DNA from: a virus
Virus record (IMG/VR): IMGVR_UViG_3300027741_000002
Location: 1 to 64,000 of that record
Length of the DNA stretch: 64,000 nt
Strand: one strand, 5' to 3'
Of the stretch, positions 51,349 through 61,308 are shown one piece after another (within the stretch, counting starts at the first letter, position 1; the number at the start of each line of letters is the position of its first letter). Position numbers and translations under genes: made by a program. A model generated the notes under the pieces. It made no database searches. It was given only the letters and a program-made list of their open reading frames with translations, and was not told the DNA's origin.

Positions 51349-52395
51349 TTAAGCGACTGGATCGTCTACTGACGCGATGATGAAGTCTGTTGCATTATCA
51401 GCGTTGTAGTACTTGTCTCCAGGTACGTTGTATGCAGTTGTTGAGCCCTGTGAAGTGAAGTCGGTCACCGCACGTGAGTTAGAAGTACACAAAGCTGTAC
51501 CGGCATCTGATACAGATGCGATAGAGCCTGTAGTAGTTGTTGTATATGTAAATGTTGTTGTTGTTGGTACTGTTGCGATTGTGTATGTACCATTGAGAGC
51601 AGAGTTAGTTAGACCTGCGATAACTACTGAGTCACCAACTTCAAGGGTATGAGCCGTTGATGTAGTGATTGTAGCAGTTGTTCCAGTACGAGCAACGTTT
51701 GAAACAGTCTTTGAGATATCATCGTGCCAGCGATAGAAGCCCTTGCGTCCTGTTGGAGCCCAGCCGGAACGTGCATATGAGTATGGGCGCTCTGTTGCAA
51801 CTGGGAACTCCCAGCGACCGTCTAGTCCCACTGAGAATGCTGTGTTGCCAAGACCGTAGCCCTGGAAGCTGTTTGCAAGCAAACCGTTTTCAATAACGCG
51901 GTCACCTGAAAGGCGAAGCTTGCAGTATGGGAATACCCAGTGGAAGTAAGGATATGTTGCTGCCTTCTTGCCGTCAATGATTGCGTTAGACCATGTCTCG
52001 ATAGCAACACCGTAGCCTGCAGGGTCATCGCCTACTGCAGGAGAAGACCAGCCGACTGACTTACGATCTGGTGAAGCATATGTGCCTAGGTTCTTGCGAA
52101 GTAGTAAACCACCTGAGATAAGCTGTGTTAGCTCTTGATCTGGTTCTGCGATTGCAAGTTCCATAGAGATACGCTTAAGTGTATCTGGAGACTTGTATGT
52201 TACAGCAACTGCGCCGTTAGCGCCCTTTTCTGTAATTTCATCGCCTTCTTCATATTCAGGCGTAAATGATAGACGCATGAAAGCTGATGTTGTGTAGCTG
52301 TCGCCAGGCTGATTCAGGAGGTTGCCAGATGCGTCAAGTCGAGTTACTCGAATTGATACACCCTGAATACTGGCGGCATATTCTTGAGTTGCCAT
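51349..52395 (-). CDS. Major tail (tube) protein with C-terminal accessory domain
   Basis: IRVTRLD..G, PEYEEGDEIT.K.ANG, G.AIE.W and Y.HW.FP motifs; biased codon usage typical of high expression. Confidence 0.85.
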   Translation of the reverse strand: MATQEYAASIQGVSIRVTRLDASGNLLNQPGDSYTTSAFMRLSFTPEYEEGDEITEKGANGAVAVTYKSPDTLKRISMELAIAEPDQELTQLISGGLLLRKNLGTYASPDRKSVGWSSPAVGDDPAGYGVAIETWSNAIIDGKKAATYPYFHWVFPYCKLRLSGDRVIENGLLANSFQGYGLGNTAFSVGLDGRWEFPVATERPYSYARSGWAPTGRKGFYRWHDDISKTVSNVARTGTTATITTSTAHTLEVGDSVVIAGLTNSALNGTYTIATVPTTTTFTYTTTTTGSIASVSDAGTALCTSNSRAVTDFTSQGSTTAYNVPGDKYYNADNATDFIIASVDDPVA

Positions 52396-52441
52396 TTTTT
52401 ATATTTCTCCTTATTTCGAAGCGGCTGCTAATACGTATATT

Positions 52442-53314
52442 TTACGCGGTTAAATCAACTCTGACTGCAAGATAAATTGAACTGTCGAAGTAGACCGAAG
52501 CTGCTCGGGTAGCCTTGATACGCATATTGTTGGCGTTCCCCGACACATCGTAGCCTTGTGCTAGATTGTCGTTTACTACATCTGGCTCGCCGAGGAGGAC
52601 CTTGACCGTGCCAGTTGCGTAAATCCATTTGTTTGTGTCTGACGCCGTTGCGCCTGTAACGCCTACCGGTCCATTACCTGAGTAGCCTGAACCGACCACT
52701 ACTGGTGTTCCACCGAGAGTTTGTAGGTGTTCTTTTTCCTTATTGTCAAAAAGCATGTTATTTGTTGAGTTTAGAAGTGCGGCCATATCACGTGTCATGT
52801 GAATAATTCCCTGCTCGCCTGCCGCAGAAACTACAGCTATTCTGTGCTCTAGTAGTGCTAGCGCGCGACGTGGAGATAGCGCTGTACCGCTGTTAAGAAC
52901 GGTTGCGCCTGAGCCACGTGTAAGATATGGATTAGATAATGATTGACCGGAAGATATAGCTCCGTCCCACAGCTCGGTTTCACAAGCATCCTGGCTGATA
53001 CCTTCAAGTTGACGGATAGCGCGTGCAAAACGATCTTCGCCTACGATGCCTAATGTCGAGCCTTGATCTTCTACTTCAATAAAGAAAGGTGTGTGATATG
53101 TGTATCTTGGTGACGCTGGGTCACTAAAAAGTACTTTAGAAGTGCTACTAGTCTCATCCCAATTACGGCCGTAGTTTGGTCGTGTATCCCATCGCTGGTT
53201 AAATCCTCGAACCCATTTGTCTTCAGCTACAGGAGAGTCAGGCTTAGCTACAACGAAAAGACCAAATGCCGATGGCACGATCTTCGGAGCTTCAAATGTT
53301 CCATCGAACGCCAT
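52442..53314 (-). CDS. Minor capsid / capsid-associated protein
   Basis: Directly after the major capsid; E.ELW, ALA.LE, G.IH, L.T..GTPVV.G.GY and WIYATG.V motifs. Confidence 0.6.
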   Translation of the reverse strand: MAFDGTFEAPKIVPSAFGLFVVAKPDSPVAEDKWVRGFNQRWDTRPNYGRNWDETSSTSKVLFSDPASPRYTYHTPFFIEVEDQGSTLGIVGEDRFARAIRQLEGISQDACETELWDGAISSGQSLSNPYLTRGSGATVLNSGTALSPRRALALLEHRIAVVSAAGEQGIIHMTRDMAALLNSTNNMLFDNKEKEHLQTLGGTPVVVGSGYSGNGPVGVTGATASDTNKWIYATGTVKVLLGEPDVVNDNLAQGYDVSGNANNMRIKATRAASVYFDSSIYLAVRVDLTA

Positions 53315-53363
53315 GCTCTAATTCCTAACTTAAAGTTTGTTTAATAGTGTCGTACTTCGTATC

Positions 53364-53389
53364 GGGAGCGCTCATTTCTGAGCGCTCCC
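53364..53389 (-). terminator. Hairpin (terminator/stabiliser) after major capsid gene
   Basis: Perfect 11-bp arms GGGAGCGCTCA / TGAGCGCTCCC with a GAAA loop on the - strand; no U tract. Confidence 0.65.
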
Positions 53390-53411
53390 TCAACGACTTT
53401 ATCGAGTAATC

Positions 53412-55463
53412 TTAGTATTCGATAGTTGTTGCTGATGCGCCACCAAGTAGGTCGCGTAGAGCAGATGCTGTACCGTTTACGTTGATTGTTGATGTCACCT
53501 TAAGTGATTCAACTCCAACAAGTGCAACATTTTCGAAGGTTTCAACGAACATCTTGTAATCGTTAGTACCAACGAGTGTTGAGTCACGGATAATTCCGAG
53601 ATCCATTGTGCCACCATCTAGGAACAAGAATGTTCCTTCAGCGAACAAGTACCAGACAAATGTGTCTGGGAATTCGTTCATTGCGCCTGCTGATTGAGCA
53701 CCAAATGGTGATGCGCCAGCTGGTGTGTCAAGTGAGTAAGAAGCATTGATACCGCGTGCTGCGATATATGCATCAATCTCACCGTAGGCGTTCATTGATT
53801 CATCGCCAGGCATTGATAGTGTAAGGTCAGCTGCCATCGCGTCCTTGATCCATGCTGGGATGATTGCGCGAAGTGGCGCATCAGCCTCTAGACGGTGACG
53901 TGCACGGTATGCTGCCGCTGCGCGGCCAAGCTGTACTAGGAAGTCGCGACCCATACCTACGAGAGATGTGGATGTGACTGCTGTCGAAGCTGCACCGATG
54001 TTTGCTAGAAGGTTTCCTTCAGCTTCGCGTGCGTGCTGAATAAGACCAAGCTCGTTGTGACGAGCAATCAATTCAGGATAAGCACGTGTTAGAAGGTTAC
54101 CAAACTGTAGCTGTAGTGTTACTGCATCAGTTGAGACTGTTGTCTCAGATGCTGCTGTTACAGTCAAGCTTGTCTTAGCTGATGGTGATGGTGTCTGTGC
54201 TGAATCGTTTGCAGCGGTCCAGATTCCTACGGCGCTGCCGTAATCTGCTAGAACTGGTGGAACGATGTAGCGGATACCGCCACGATCTGCCTGGAAGCGA
54301 GGTAGAGCATCACGGACTGGGCGTACATTGCTGCCGAGACTGAAAATGTCGTACTTAACTTCGAATGGAGCCTGGTGTCCGCCAGATGCAACGAGTGCCT
54401 CTGGGCCGACTACAGATTGAATCTTGTTCCAGTTAGCTTCTGCATCCTGTGTAAGGGTGCGCTCTTCTGGGAACTTTGTGGTGACAGAAGCAACAATGTG
54501 CTGCTCTCCATCTCCACCGTTTACACGACGTAGTGTGTGGATACGCTTTGCCATTGCTTCGGCAACTCCACTCATGTCGTTAATTGTGCTGCCAGCTGTG
54601 TAGCCAGGAATGTCAGCGCCGGCAGTGATTGCCACTGTAGCAGCTGATACCTGAGCAACAGGGCGGCGATCAGCTGGAGCTTCGATTAAAGCGTCCAACT
54701 CGTTGTTTGCGGCGGCGGTCACTGGTGCCTCCTGATCTTCCTGCGCGATTGGCGCTTCGATTGTTTCTGGTTCTGTTGATGGTACCTCTTCTTCAGCTGA
54801 CGCTACAACTGCTTCTTCAGCAGGTGCTTCTGCAGCAACTTCAGGTTCGGTCGATTCTGTTTGTACTTCTTCTACTGTTGAAAGCTCAGCTTGTGGAGTT
54901 GCCTCGACTGTTGCTTCTGCAGCAGCTTCAACTTCTACAGCAGCCTCGGCTGCTGGTTCGGTCTCAGTTGCAACAACTTCTTCTGGAGCTGATAGTTCAG
55001 CTACAGGCTCGATTGTCTCTGTTGTTTCTGTTGGTTCTACTGAGGTTGAAAGCTCAGATCCTGTTTCCACAGATGTTGACGCTGCCATAGGCATTTCCTT
55101 CTTCTCTTCTTCGGGAGTTTCCTTAGCTTCTTCAGCTGGATCTCCTTCAGTCTCGGCAGGAGTCTCTGCAGGCATTTCGTCTGCTGGGACATCTTCTGCA
55201 GGAACATCTTCTTGGCCTTTAACACGCATTGCTGCTTCCGCAGCACGTGCTGCAAGCTCTTCAGCTGCAGCTGCGCGATTCTTGATTTCACCGCGAACGG
55301 TGTCAAGCATATCGGCTAGTGATGTCATGGCGTCTACTGTCTGAGGAGTAGGATCTTCTTTTTCAACCGTTTCAAACTCATTGACGATGGCTGTCTGTAG
55401 GTCGGCGAGTTGATCCTCGCCAAGCTCAGTCAGGCTGTCAAGCATTGTTTTAATTTGGTCCAC
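53412..55463 (-). CDS. Major capsid protein with fused acidic N-terminal scaffold-like region
   Basis: ~250-aa Glu/Ala/Pro-rich N-terminus, then LVASGG..AP....Y, RPVRD.LP.F.A.RGG, LDGG..DLG..RDS.L...NDY..F.ETFE; strong SD. Confidence 0.85.
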   Translation of the reverse strand: MDQIKTMLDSLTELGEDQLADLQTAIVNEFETVEKEDPTPQTVDAMTSLADMLDTVRGEIKNRAAAAEELAARAAEAAMRVKGQEDVPAEDVPADEMPAETPAETEGDPAEEAKETPEEEKKEMPMAASTSVETGSELSTSVEPTETTETIEPVAELSAPEEVVATETEPAAEAAVEVEAAAEATVEATPQAELSTVEEVQTESTEPEVAAEAPAEEAVVASAEEEVPSTEPETIEAPIAQEDQEAPVTAAANNELDALIEAPADRRPVAQVSAATVAITAGADIPGYTAGSTINDMSGVAEAMAKRIHTLRRVNGGDGEQHIVASVTTKFPEERTLTQDAEANWNKIQSVVGPEALVASGGHQAPFEVKYDIFSLGSNVRPVRDALPRFQADRGGIRYIVPPVLADYGSAVGIWTAANDSAQTPSPSAKTSLTVTAASETTVSTDAVTLQLQFGNLLTRAYPELIARHNELGLIQHAREAEGNLLANIGAASTAVTSTSLVGMGRDFLVQLGRAAAAYRARHRLEADAPLRAIIPAWIKDAMAADLTLSMPGDESMNAYGEIDAYIAARGINASYSLDTPAGASPFGAQSAGAMNEFPDTFVWYLFAEGTFLFLDGGTMDLGIIRDSTLVGTNDYKMFVETFENVALVGVESLKVTSTINVNGTASALRDLLGGASATTIEY

Positions 55464-55592
55464 TGTCCCTCCTCTGGGCCAGTCATGATGAACAAGATTA
55501 GTTAGTTCATCTCGCTAATCAGTCAAGGCCGAGGGACTTATACGCGGTTGCGTTAAGGCACTCCACCTAGATTGAATAATACATTATATTTT

Positions 55593-58500
55593 CTAGGTTA
55601 ATAGTCGAAGAAGTTTACTTAACTCAGAGGAAATCTCCTGCTGAGTATAGTAGTCTCCACCGGACATAAAGGACCGCAAGCCCACGGTTGCCTCTTGAGC
55701 ATCTTTTGCACCGATCTTGTCTGTCACTCGTGACAGCATATCGTCCATAAGATTTTTTAAAGCTGGAGGAAGATCACTGTAGCGAACTTTCTCTGTTTCA
55801 CTCCCAAACGGCAACGGCAGGTTAGCAATAACCTCGCCTAAGGCTTTTGCCGAGGAACGAACATTTTCTAGTGCCTGTGGATTTAGAGCTCCAGAGTCTA
55901 GTCTATCTACGATACCAATAACATCGTTGGCAGCCTTAGCTGCGTCCTGGTAGTTACCGACCTCGTTGAGCTGCTCTGCCTTGGCTACTTTTTGCACTAC
56001 GTCTTGAAGACCAGCTGCGCCAAGATCTTGCTTAATGCGTGCTAGAACTTTACGAAACTTGCCTTTTTCATCACGCGGTTGAGTGTCAGGAGTATATTTA
56101 CCCTGCGCTTGAGCCTCAACCGCTAATGTTTTTCCCATATCATCGCCTAGCTTAGCGGAAAACTCGGCTAACCGCGTACGAAGATCATCAACGTCCTCGT
56201 CTACCGTGGATAGCGATTTCCATTCGTCGGGGACAAGATCCGGTCGGTCAAGTTTCTTAGCCATCTTCGTGATATGGCGACGAACCGCGGCCTTATGTCC
56301 AGCCTTAGCTCTACCGTACGCCTGCACCGCGTTCTTTACATCTTCAACGTTAGTGATAGGGAATGAACCGTCAGGAAGAGCTCTTCCTTCCTTGGCAAGC
56401 TGCATTCTTTTTGCTCGTGAGACAGTCGCAAATTCATCATCGTAGCGAGGCGCGCCATGAATACGGGCGTAAGCTTCAGCTGCCTTAATTGAAAGCTGAG
56501 CTTCCTTCTCTTGACGGACTATATCAAACTTTGCCTTTGCGACATCCGCTTTTGTAGAAAGTTGCGCGTTTTCTAACTGCTCCAGTTTTTCAATTCTAGA
56601 GCTTAATTCTGCGACAGGATCTGACTTCATGCGTGCAAGTACTTGAGCACCTGCCGCAACCAATGCCATAACCGCACCTGAGGCTACTCGAGCGCGTGCA
56701 ATAGGGAAGCCTGGTACGTTTACCTGGCAAACAGCCACAAGCTCGAGCTGACCCTTAATTGGACGCCAGTCACCGGAAGGCGCAGACGCACGAAGGGCAC
56801 GAACTTGCTCTGGAGATGTGCCTGGACGTAAAGCACCAGATACCCAGATACCAAATGCATCTTCTCCTGCATGGACATCTGCAATTGCTGAGCCAGTGTC
56901 GTCATAGTGACGAGCAGCTTCGTGAGCAGATGCTTCTAGTGAAGCGTGGCCTCCGGCTAATGTTAATTGGCCTACAGGAACATCTGTTCCTTCGTCTGTG
57001 CGAACAACACCCGTGTGGAAGTAGGCGTACTTGCTCTTTGAGCGCGGTGGACGAGTCCCGAATGACATTCCAATATGATCAACATGCCATGCAGCAATGT
57101 GACCAAACACTCGGCCGTCATCGTCTACAGTCAAAGGCGTTGCCTGACGCAGTTGCGGATTGTCAAACCACGAGGTAGGTGGTGTTACTGGGATAGAACC
57201 TGCAACAAGGCCACACGCAACAAGCGCTGACGCTTCAGTGGGATCCATTTCATCGGCGTATACTCCGTCTGGGATAGTCACGCTGTCCTCCTGAGTCTTG
57301 TCATTATCGACAAGGTAGATTTGGCACTCTTGAAATGCCGGTTTAGGCACTAGAGTTACCGCCATAACACGCGCATGAGTAATCATGAGCTTGTCCGTTC
57401 CGATTTTACCATCTTCTTCATTTTCAGATAATTCAGCTATATGCTGGCTTGCCTCGAATTGATCTAGGTCAGCGGAAACACCGCGGATAAATCCTTCGCG
57501 CACGAGACGCTCGGCTTCCTGTCCGTATGCACCGGAGTCAAAGACTCCTGTGGCGTTTCCAATTCCATTTTCAACACGCTCCATGTGATCAATGCGGCCG
57601 ACAACAACTGAGCCGTTGTGGCCTTCATCTGTCTTGATCTGCCACATCAAAGGAAGAGGCAGTTCACGGATCTCAATCGCGCCCTTTTCAAACTTGCGAC
57701 CGTCTCCAGACTCAAGATCCTCTGGGATAACGAGAGGAATTGTAAATGCTGCGCCATCAGGCATCTCTACCTCGGCCCCAGCTGTAATGACACGCAGGCG
57801 CGCATCGGCAGCCCTAGCAGAAAGCACAGAAGAAGATAATACGTCTTCATATGAGTTAATACCGTCGATGGCAAATACTCCTTTGTTATGGCCAGGATTG
57901 TTCTTATCGCCAGGCCACATTCCTGTCATTTCATGGTGGCGCAAGGAGCAATACCCCTTAGCACGTGGACCCATGTACTTCTTTAGGTGTCGATAGCAAC
58001 GTGTCCAATCGCCGGGAGTTCCCCAGCGAATCTTTAGTCCACCCTTACCGATTGTCCAGTAACGGCGAAGTGTTTCCGCGTTGCCTCTATTTTGATCTAA
58101 TCCACCGGCTGCGGTCATACCGTAGTCACATTCCTGAGCCATTAAATCATCATCCATAAGAAGAATAATGATCTCATCGTCAGGTTCAAATGTTGGGTCA
58201 TAGATGTCATCAGGAGTGCTGATGATGTCATCAATGTCCATTCCCATATCTTGAGGAGTAACCTCGGTAGTTGGTAGTGTTTCAGAGACAAATTCTTCTA
58301 CAGAATTATTACGAGCACGGTCACGCTTTGCATGGGTGGAGGTGTAGATACCAATCGCGTCCTTATGACGAAGTTGACAATAGCCTTTAGCGCGAGGTCC
58401 TAGGTACTTAGCGAGGTGACGAACACAACGTGCCCAGTCTCCCTTAGTGCCCCAACGAATCTTTGCCGCACCTTTTCCGCTTGTCCAATAGCGACGTAGT

Positions 58501-60704
58501 GTTTCAGCATTACCGCGATTACGATCTGGTCCTCCAGCAGCTGTCATCATCATGACGTTCCCGTTAGCACCCCATAGAACGGTAATGATGTCTGAATCAG
58601 AGTAAGCAGATGAGACTACAACTGGGATAACACCATCAACCTGCTGAATTACGCTCTGTAGTGATTCTCCGTCAAGAGGTACGACAGGCGGTGGAGTAGC
58701 GGACTTAATATCAGCAAGAACGGACTCATCTCTAACCCACTTCTTATCCTTACGTGCGTAGGTCATTGGCTCTAGTGACGTAGAGCTTGCAGGGACTAGA
58801 GAAATTAAGTCTAGAACAGCCGATGGATCATCCTGAGATACTACAGCAAAGAACATAGGCTGTACGTCGCTGCTTTCTGGTGCCATCTCTACAGAGTTGC
58901 CAGGCTTATTTTGATTAGTCTCTTGTTCCTTTATTTTCTTTGCATCTTCAGGAGACTCATAGGAGCCACTGCCACGAACTACAGGTTGGTAGTAAACCTT
59001 GTTTGGATAATAGTAGCTTCCGTCCGAGCCTTTTACCTTCTTGTTTAGAAAGCTTTTAAGAACAGGGTGCATATATGGATCTGTGATTAACTTTACGCCT
59101 GTTAACTTTTCAAGAGCTGTTAGATTTTCTGTTTTTGCAGGTTGAGGAACTTGTCCTGGTCCTGTGATAAGTTTTCTTTTCTTTTCAGGAGTAGCGTTTG
59201 GGACACCTGCGCTAGGAGTAGCAGGATTGGCGTTAAACGCATCACGTTGTGATTTAACCCACGTTGGCCAATCTGAAAGAATAGTCGCAAGGTCTCCTTG
59301 AGAAAGTGCTGGAAGAGTTCCAGGAATTCTTGCGTTAGGACGGTCAATAGGAGCTCTAGGTTGACCTAGAATTCCAGAGGTATCGAGTGGGGTTACATCA
59401 ACAGTGTTGTCTACCGGAGCTGTAACAACACTTTCAGGAGCGGTTGCAACAGCCGGTACATCAACAATACTTCCGGAGTCTAACTGGACCTTAAGTGATT
59501 GCTTTGCAGGATCTATTGAAACAATATTTCCTGAGCCTTTAGCTGCATCTCCGCCGATAACAACTCTTGATCCAACCTTAGCAAATCTTCCTGTCTTATC
59601 ACGTACCTGTTGTTGAGCCTTAGCAGAACGCTCTTCAGGAGTATAGTTTCCGTCCTGATTTACTGGAGTATCAGAAGGAGTAACAACCGCTGCTGTAATA
59701 ACTCTATCTATAAGTTTGTAATCTAGCTCTGAGGCTGCCTTCATAATCATGTCAGCTTCATCGTAGTTGATATCAAACAACGAGACGTAGTGTCCTGGAT
59801 TTTCCTGTAGACACGCAGAGATAAAGAGTGCAGACTCCGCATCAATCTCAACGTGAGTTTTTTCAACAGTGTCGTCTGGATTGTCAAGAGCTAGGTCGTA
59901 GCTTGCAAAGTCAGAGTGTACATCTGGCATAGAGTGCCAGAACCCTGCATCCCACACGGAAACGTTATAAGCATCATCTACCTTATAGAGACGGTCAATA
60001 CCAGAGCCGTCCATACGCATGCGGGCAAGAAACTCAACTGCTCCATTATCGGTGGCTGCCGCAATCTTAAATGCGTCAACGTCTGCGTCATAGCTGGTAT
60101 CTGTTGCGTAGTTATACGCGTCTTCTTCATAGCCGTGATCTGTGTAACCGTCAGCTCTTAACGCTTTTTTGTTCTCGCGCTCGACGATTGTCTGCGCCCA
60201 TTTCCATCCCGCGTCTCCGCCCCAGAGAGCCCACGCAATACGCCCGCGAGAAGGAAAGCCTTCTTCACCTGGCTTATAGCCCGTCGCCTTCTTATCAACT
60301 TCATGACGAGGAAAATACTTAGCAATATGACGAACTTTTTCAATTCCAATTTGGCCACCTTTCGCCAACGTACGCGCTGTGTTAAGACCTACAGGTGTTC
60401 CACCACGATGAAACTCCTTGTGCCAGTCTAAAGCACGGTTAGCTTCCTCCTGGGCGCCTTTAGGAATGGTATACATACGACCGGCGGATGAAACGATGCT
60501 TACGTTCAGGGTCGTTAATGCAGCCTGCGCAAGCTCGGCAGTAGACTCATCAAACTCTATGCTGTCGTCCTGCCACTTTGCAGAAGCAATAAGGGCTGAC
60601 AGTGGGCCAGAATCAACTACAACGTTTTCTTCAACGTCAATAACAACGCCGCTGTTCTCGTTAGAGAATAGAACGTGCGAACCATTCTTACCTACGATAT
60701 CCAT
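55593..60704 (-). CDS. Large multidomain capsid maturation (prohead) protease protein
   Basis: Directly upstream of the capsid gene. Protease-like region SGDGR.F...LPLPLMWQ...GH.GSVVVGRI...GVSADLD...TLV..PAF, then GRVFGHIAAW...SGDWR and ALPDGSFPI domains. Likely start ATG 60704. Confidence 0.75.
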   Translation of the reverse strand: MDIVGKNGSHVLFSNENSGVVIDVEENVVVDSGPLSALIASAKWQDDSIEFDESTAELAQAALTTLNVSIVSSAGRMYTIPKGAQEEANRALDWHKEFHRGGTPVGLNTARTLAKGGQIGIEKVRHIAKYFPRHEVDKKATGYKPGEEGFPSRGRIAWALWGGDAGWKWAQTIVERENKKALRADGYTDHGYEEDAYNYATDTSYDADVDAFKIAAATDNGAVEFLARMRMDGSGIDRLYKVDDAYNVSVWDAGFWHSMPDVHSDFASYDLALDNPDDTVEKTHVEIDAESALFISACLQENPGHYVSLFDINYDEADMIMKAASELDYKLIDRVITAAVVTPSDTPVNQDGNYTPEERSAKAQQQVRDKTGRFAKVGSRVVIGGDAAKGSGNIVSIDPAKQSLKVQLDSGSIVDVPAVATAPESVVTAPVDNTVDVTPLDTSGILGQPRAPIDRPNARIPGTLPALSQGDLATILSDWPTWVKSQRDAFNANPATPSAGVPNATPEKKRKLITGPGQVPQPAKTENLTALEKLTGVKLITDPYMHPVLKSFLNKKVKGSDGSYYYPNKVYYQPVVRGSGSYESPEDAKKIKEQETNQNKPGNSVEMAPESSDVQPMFFAVVSQDDPSAVLDLISLVPASSTSLEPMTYARKDKKWVRDESVLADIKSATPPPVVPLDGESLQSVIQQVDGVIPVVVSSAYSDSDIITVLWGANGNVMMMTAAGGPDRNRGNAETLRRYWTSGKGAAKIRWGTKGDWARCVRHLAKYLGPRAKGYCQLRHKDAIGIYTSTHAKRDRARNNSVEEFVSETLPTTEVTPQDMGMDIDDIISTPDDIYDPTFEPDDEIIILLMDDDLMAQECDYGMTAAGGLDQNRGNAETLRRYWTIGKGGLKIRWGTPGDWTRCYRHLKKYMGPRAKGYCSLRHHEMTGMWPGDKNNPGHNKGVFAIDGINSYEDVLSSSVLSARAADARLRVITAGAEVEMPDGAAFTIPLVIPEDLESGDGRKFEKGAIEIRELPLPLMWQIKTDEGHNGSVVVGRIDHMERVENGIGNATGVFDSGAYGQEAERLVREGFIRGVSADLDQFEASQHIAELSENEEDGKIGTDKLMITHARVMAVTLVPKPAFQECQIYLVDNDKTQEDSVTIPDGVYADEMDPTEASALVACGLVAGSIPVTPPTSWFDNPQLRQATPLTVDDDGRVFGHIAAWHVDHIGMSFGTRPPRSKSKYAYFHTGVVRTDEGTDVPVGQLTLAGGHASLEASAHEAARHYDDTGSAIADVHAGEDAFGIWVSGALRPGTSPEQVRALRASAPSGDWRPIKGQLELVAVCQVNVPGFPIARARVASGAVMALVAAGAQVLARMKSDPVAELSSRIEKLEQLENAQLSTKADVAKAKFDIVRQEKEAQLSIKAAEAYARIHGAPRYDDEFATVSRAKRMQLAKEGRALPDGSFPITNVEDVKNAVQAYGRAKAGHKAAVRRHITKMAKKLDRPDLVPDEWKSLSTVDEDVDDLRTRLAEFSAKLGDDMGKTLAVEAQAQGKYTPDTQPRDEKGKFRKVLARIKQDLGAAGLQDVVQKVAKAEQLNEVGNYQDAAKAANDVIGIVDRLDSGALNPQALENVRSSAKALGEVIANLPLPFGSETEKVRYSDLPPALKNLMDDMLSRVTDKIGAKDAQEATVGLRSFMSGGDYYTQQEISSELSKLLRLLT
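57930..58542 (-). repeat. Internal duplication of a ~58-aa module in the protease polyprotein
   Basis: TAAGG.D.NRGNAETLRRYWT.GKG..KIRWGT.GDW.RC.RHL.KY.GPRAKGYC.LRH occurs twice. Confidence 0.9.
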
Positions 60705-60705
60705 T

Positions 60706-61299
60706 TTACTTCTTCCCTGTTTCGTTATTTCCGGGTTGAGCGTCAAACACTATATCTCCTACAAATCCGTCTGCTGTTTGACCATCCATGTAATCTAACA
60801 GCCATGCATTAGGCCCATTTGGATCTACCGAGCCAAGCGCAGCAAATACTAGTTCAATCATACCAGAGGCTGTGATTTCTTGCTCTGGATCTTCACTTGA
60901 AAGCTGCTCGTAAAGTTCAGGATAGTCTTGGAATACTTGGTCCATATCGTCTGACGCAACGGCGAGTCCTGTCCCTATATCGTGGCCTTGCTCATCTTCG
61001 TATACTCTCTGCATAGAAAGCTTTTCGCTTGAGATTGCAGTCTTTTCGCTTGCTTCGTCTATAGGTGCAGAAAAGAAAAAGTTAGATAAGCCGATAGTTG
61101 CAATAGCTAGGTAATCATCAATCTTTAAAGTTTTTGGATCTTTGTCTATCTTGCTCATGAGAAGCTCTACGCGCTTAGCGGAATCAAACATAGGATTCTT
61201 GTCATCTCTAAAGATGTAGGAAAATCCTTTATCTGTAGCCATAATTGAGAACATATGTGAATTGTCCTGTGAGTCATACCCGCGAATTACTTTTATCAT
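60706..61299 (-). CDS. Hypothetical acidic protein in head module
   Basis: 197-aa ORF with AAGGAG SD, between the effector-like gene and the protease gene. Confidence 0.65.
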   Translation of the reverse strand: MIKVIRGYDSQDNSHMFSIMATDKGFSYIFRDDKNPMFDSAKRVELLMSKIDKDPKTLKIDDYLAIATIGLSNFFFSAPIDEASEKTAISSEKLSMQRVYEDEQGHDIGTGLAVASDDMDQVFQDYPELYEQLSSEDPEQEITASGMIELVFAALGSVDPNGPNAWLLDYMDGQTADGFVGDIVFDAQPGNNETGKK

Positions 61300-61308
61300 T
61301 ATGTCTCC

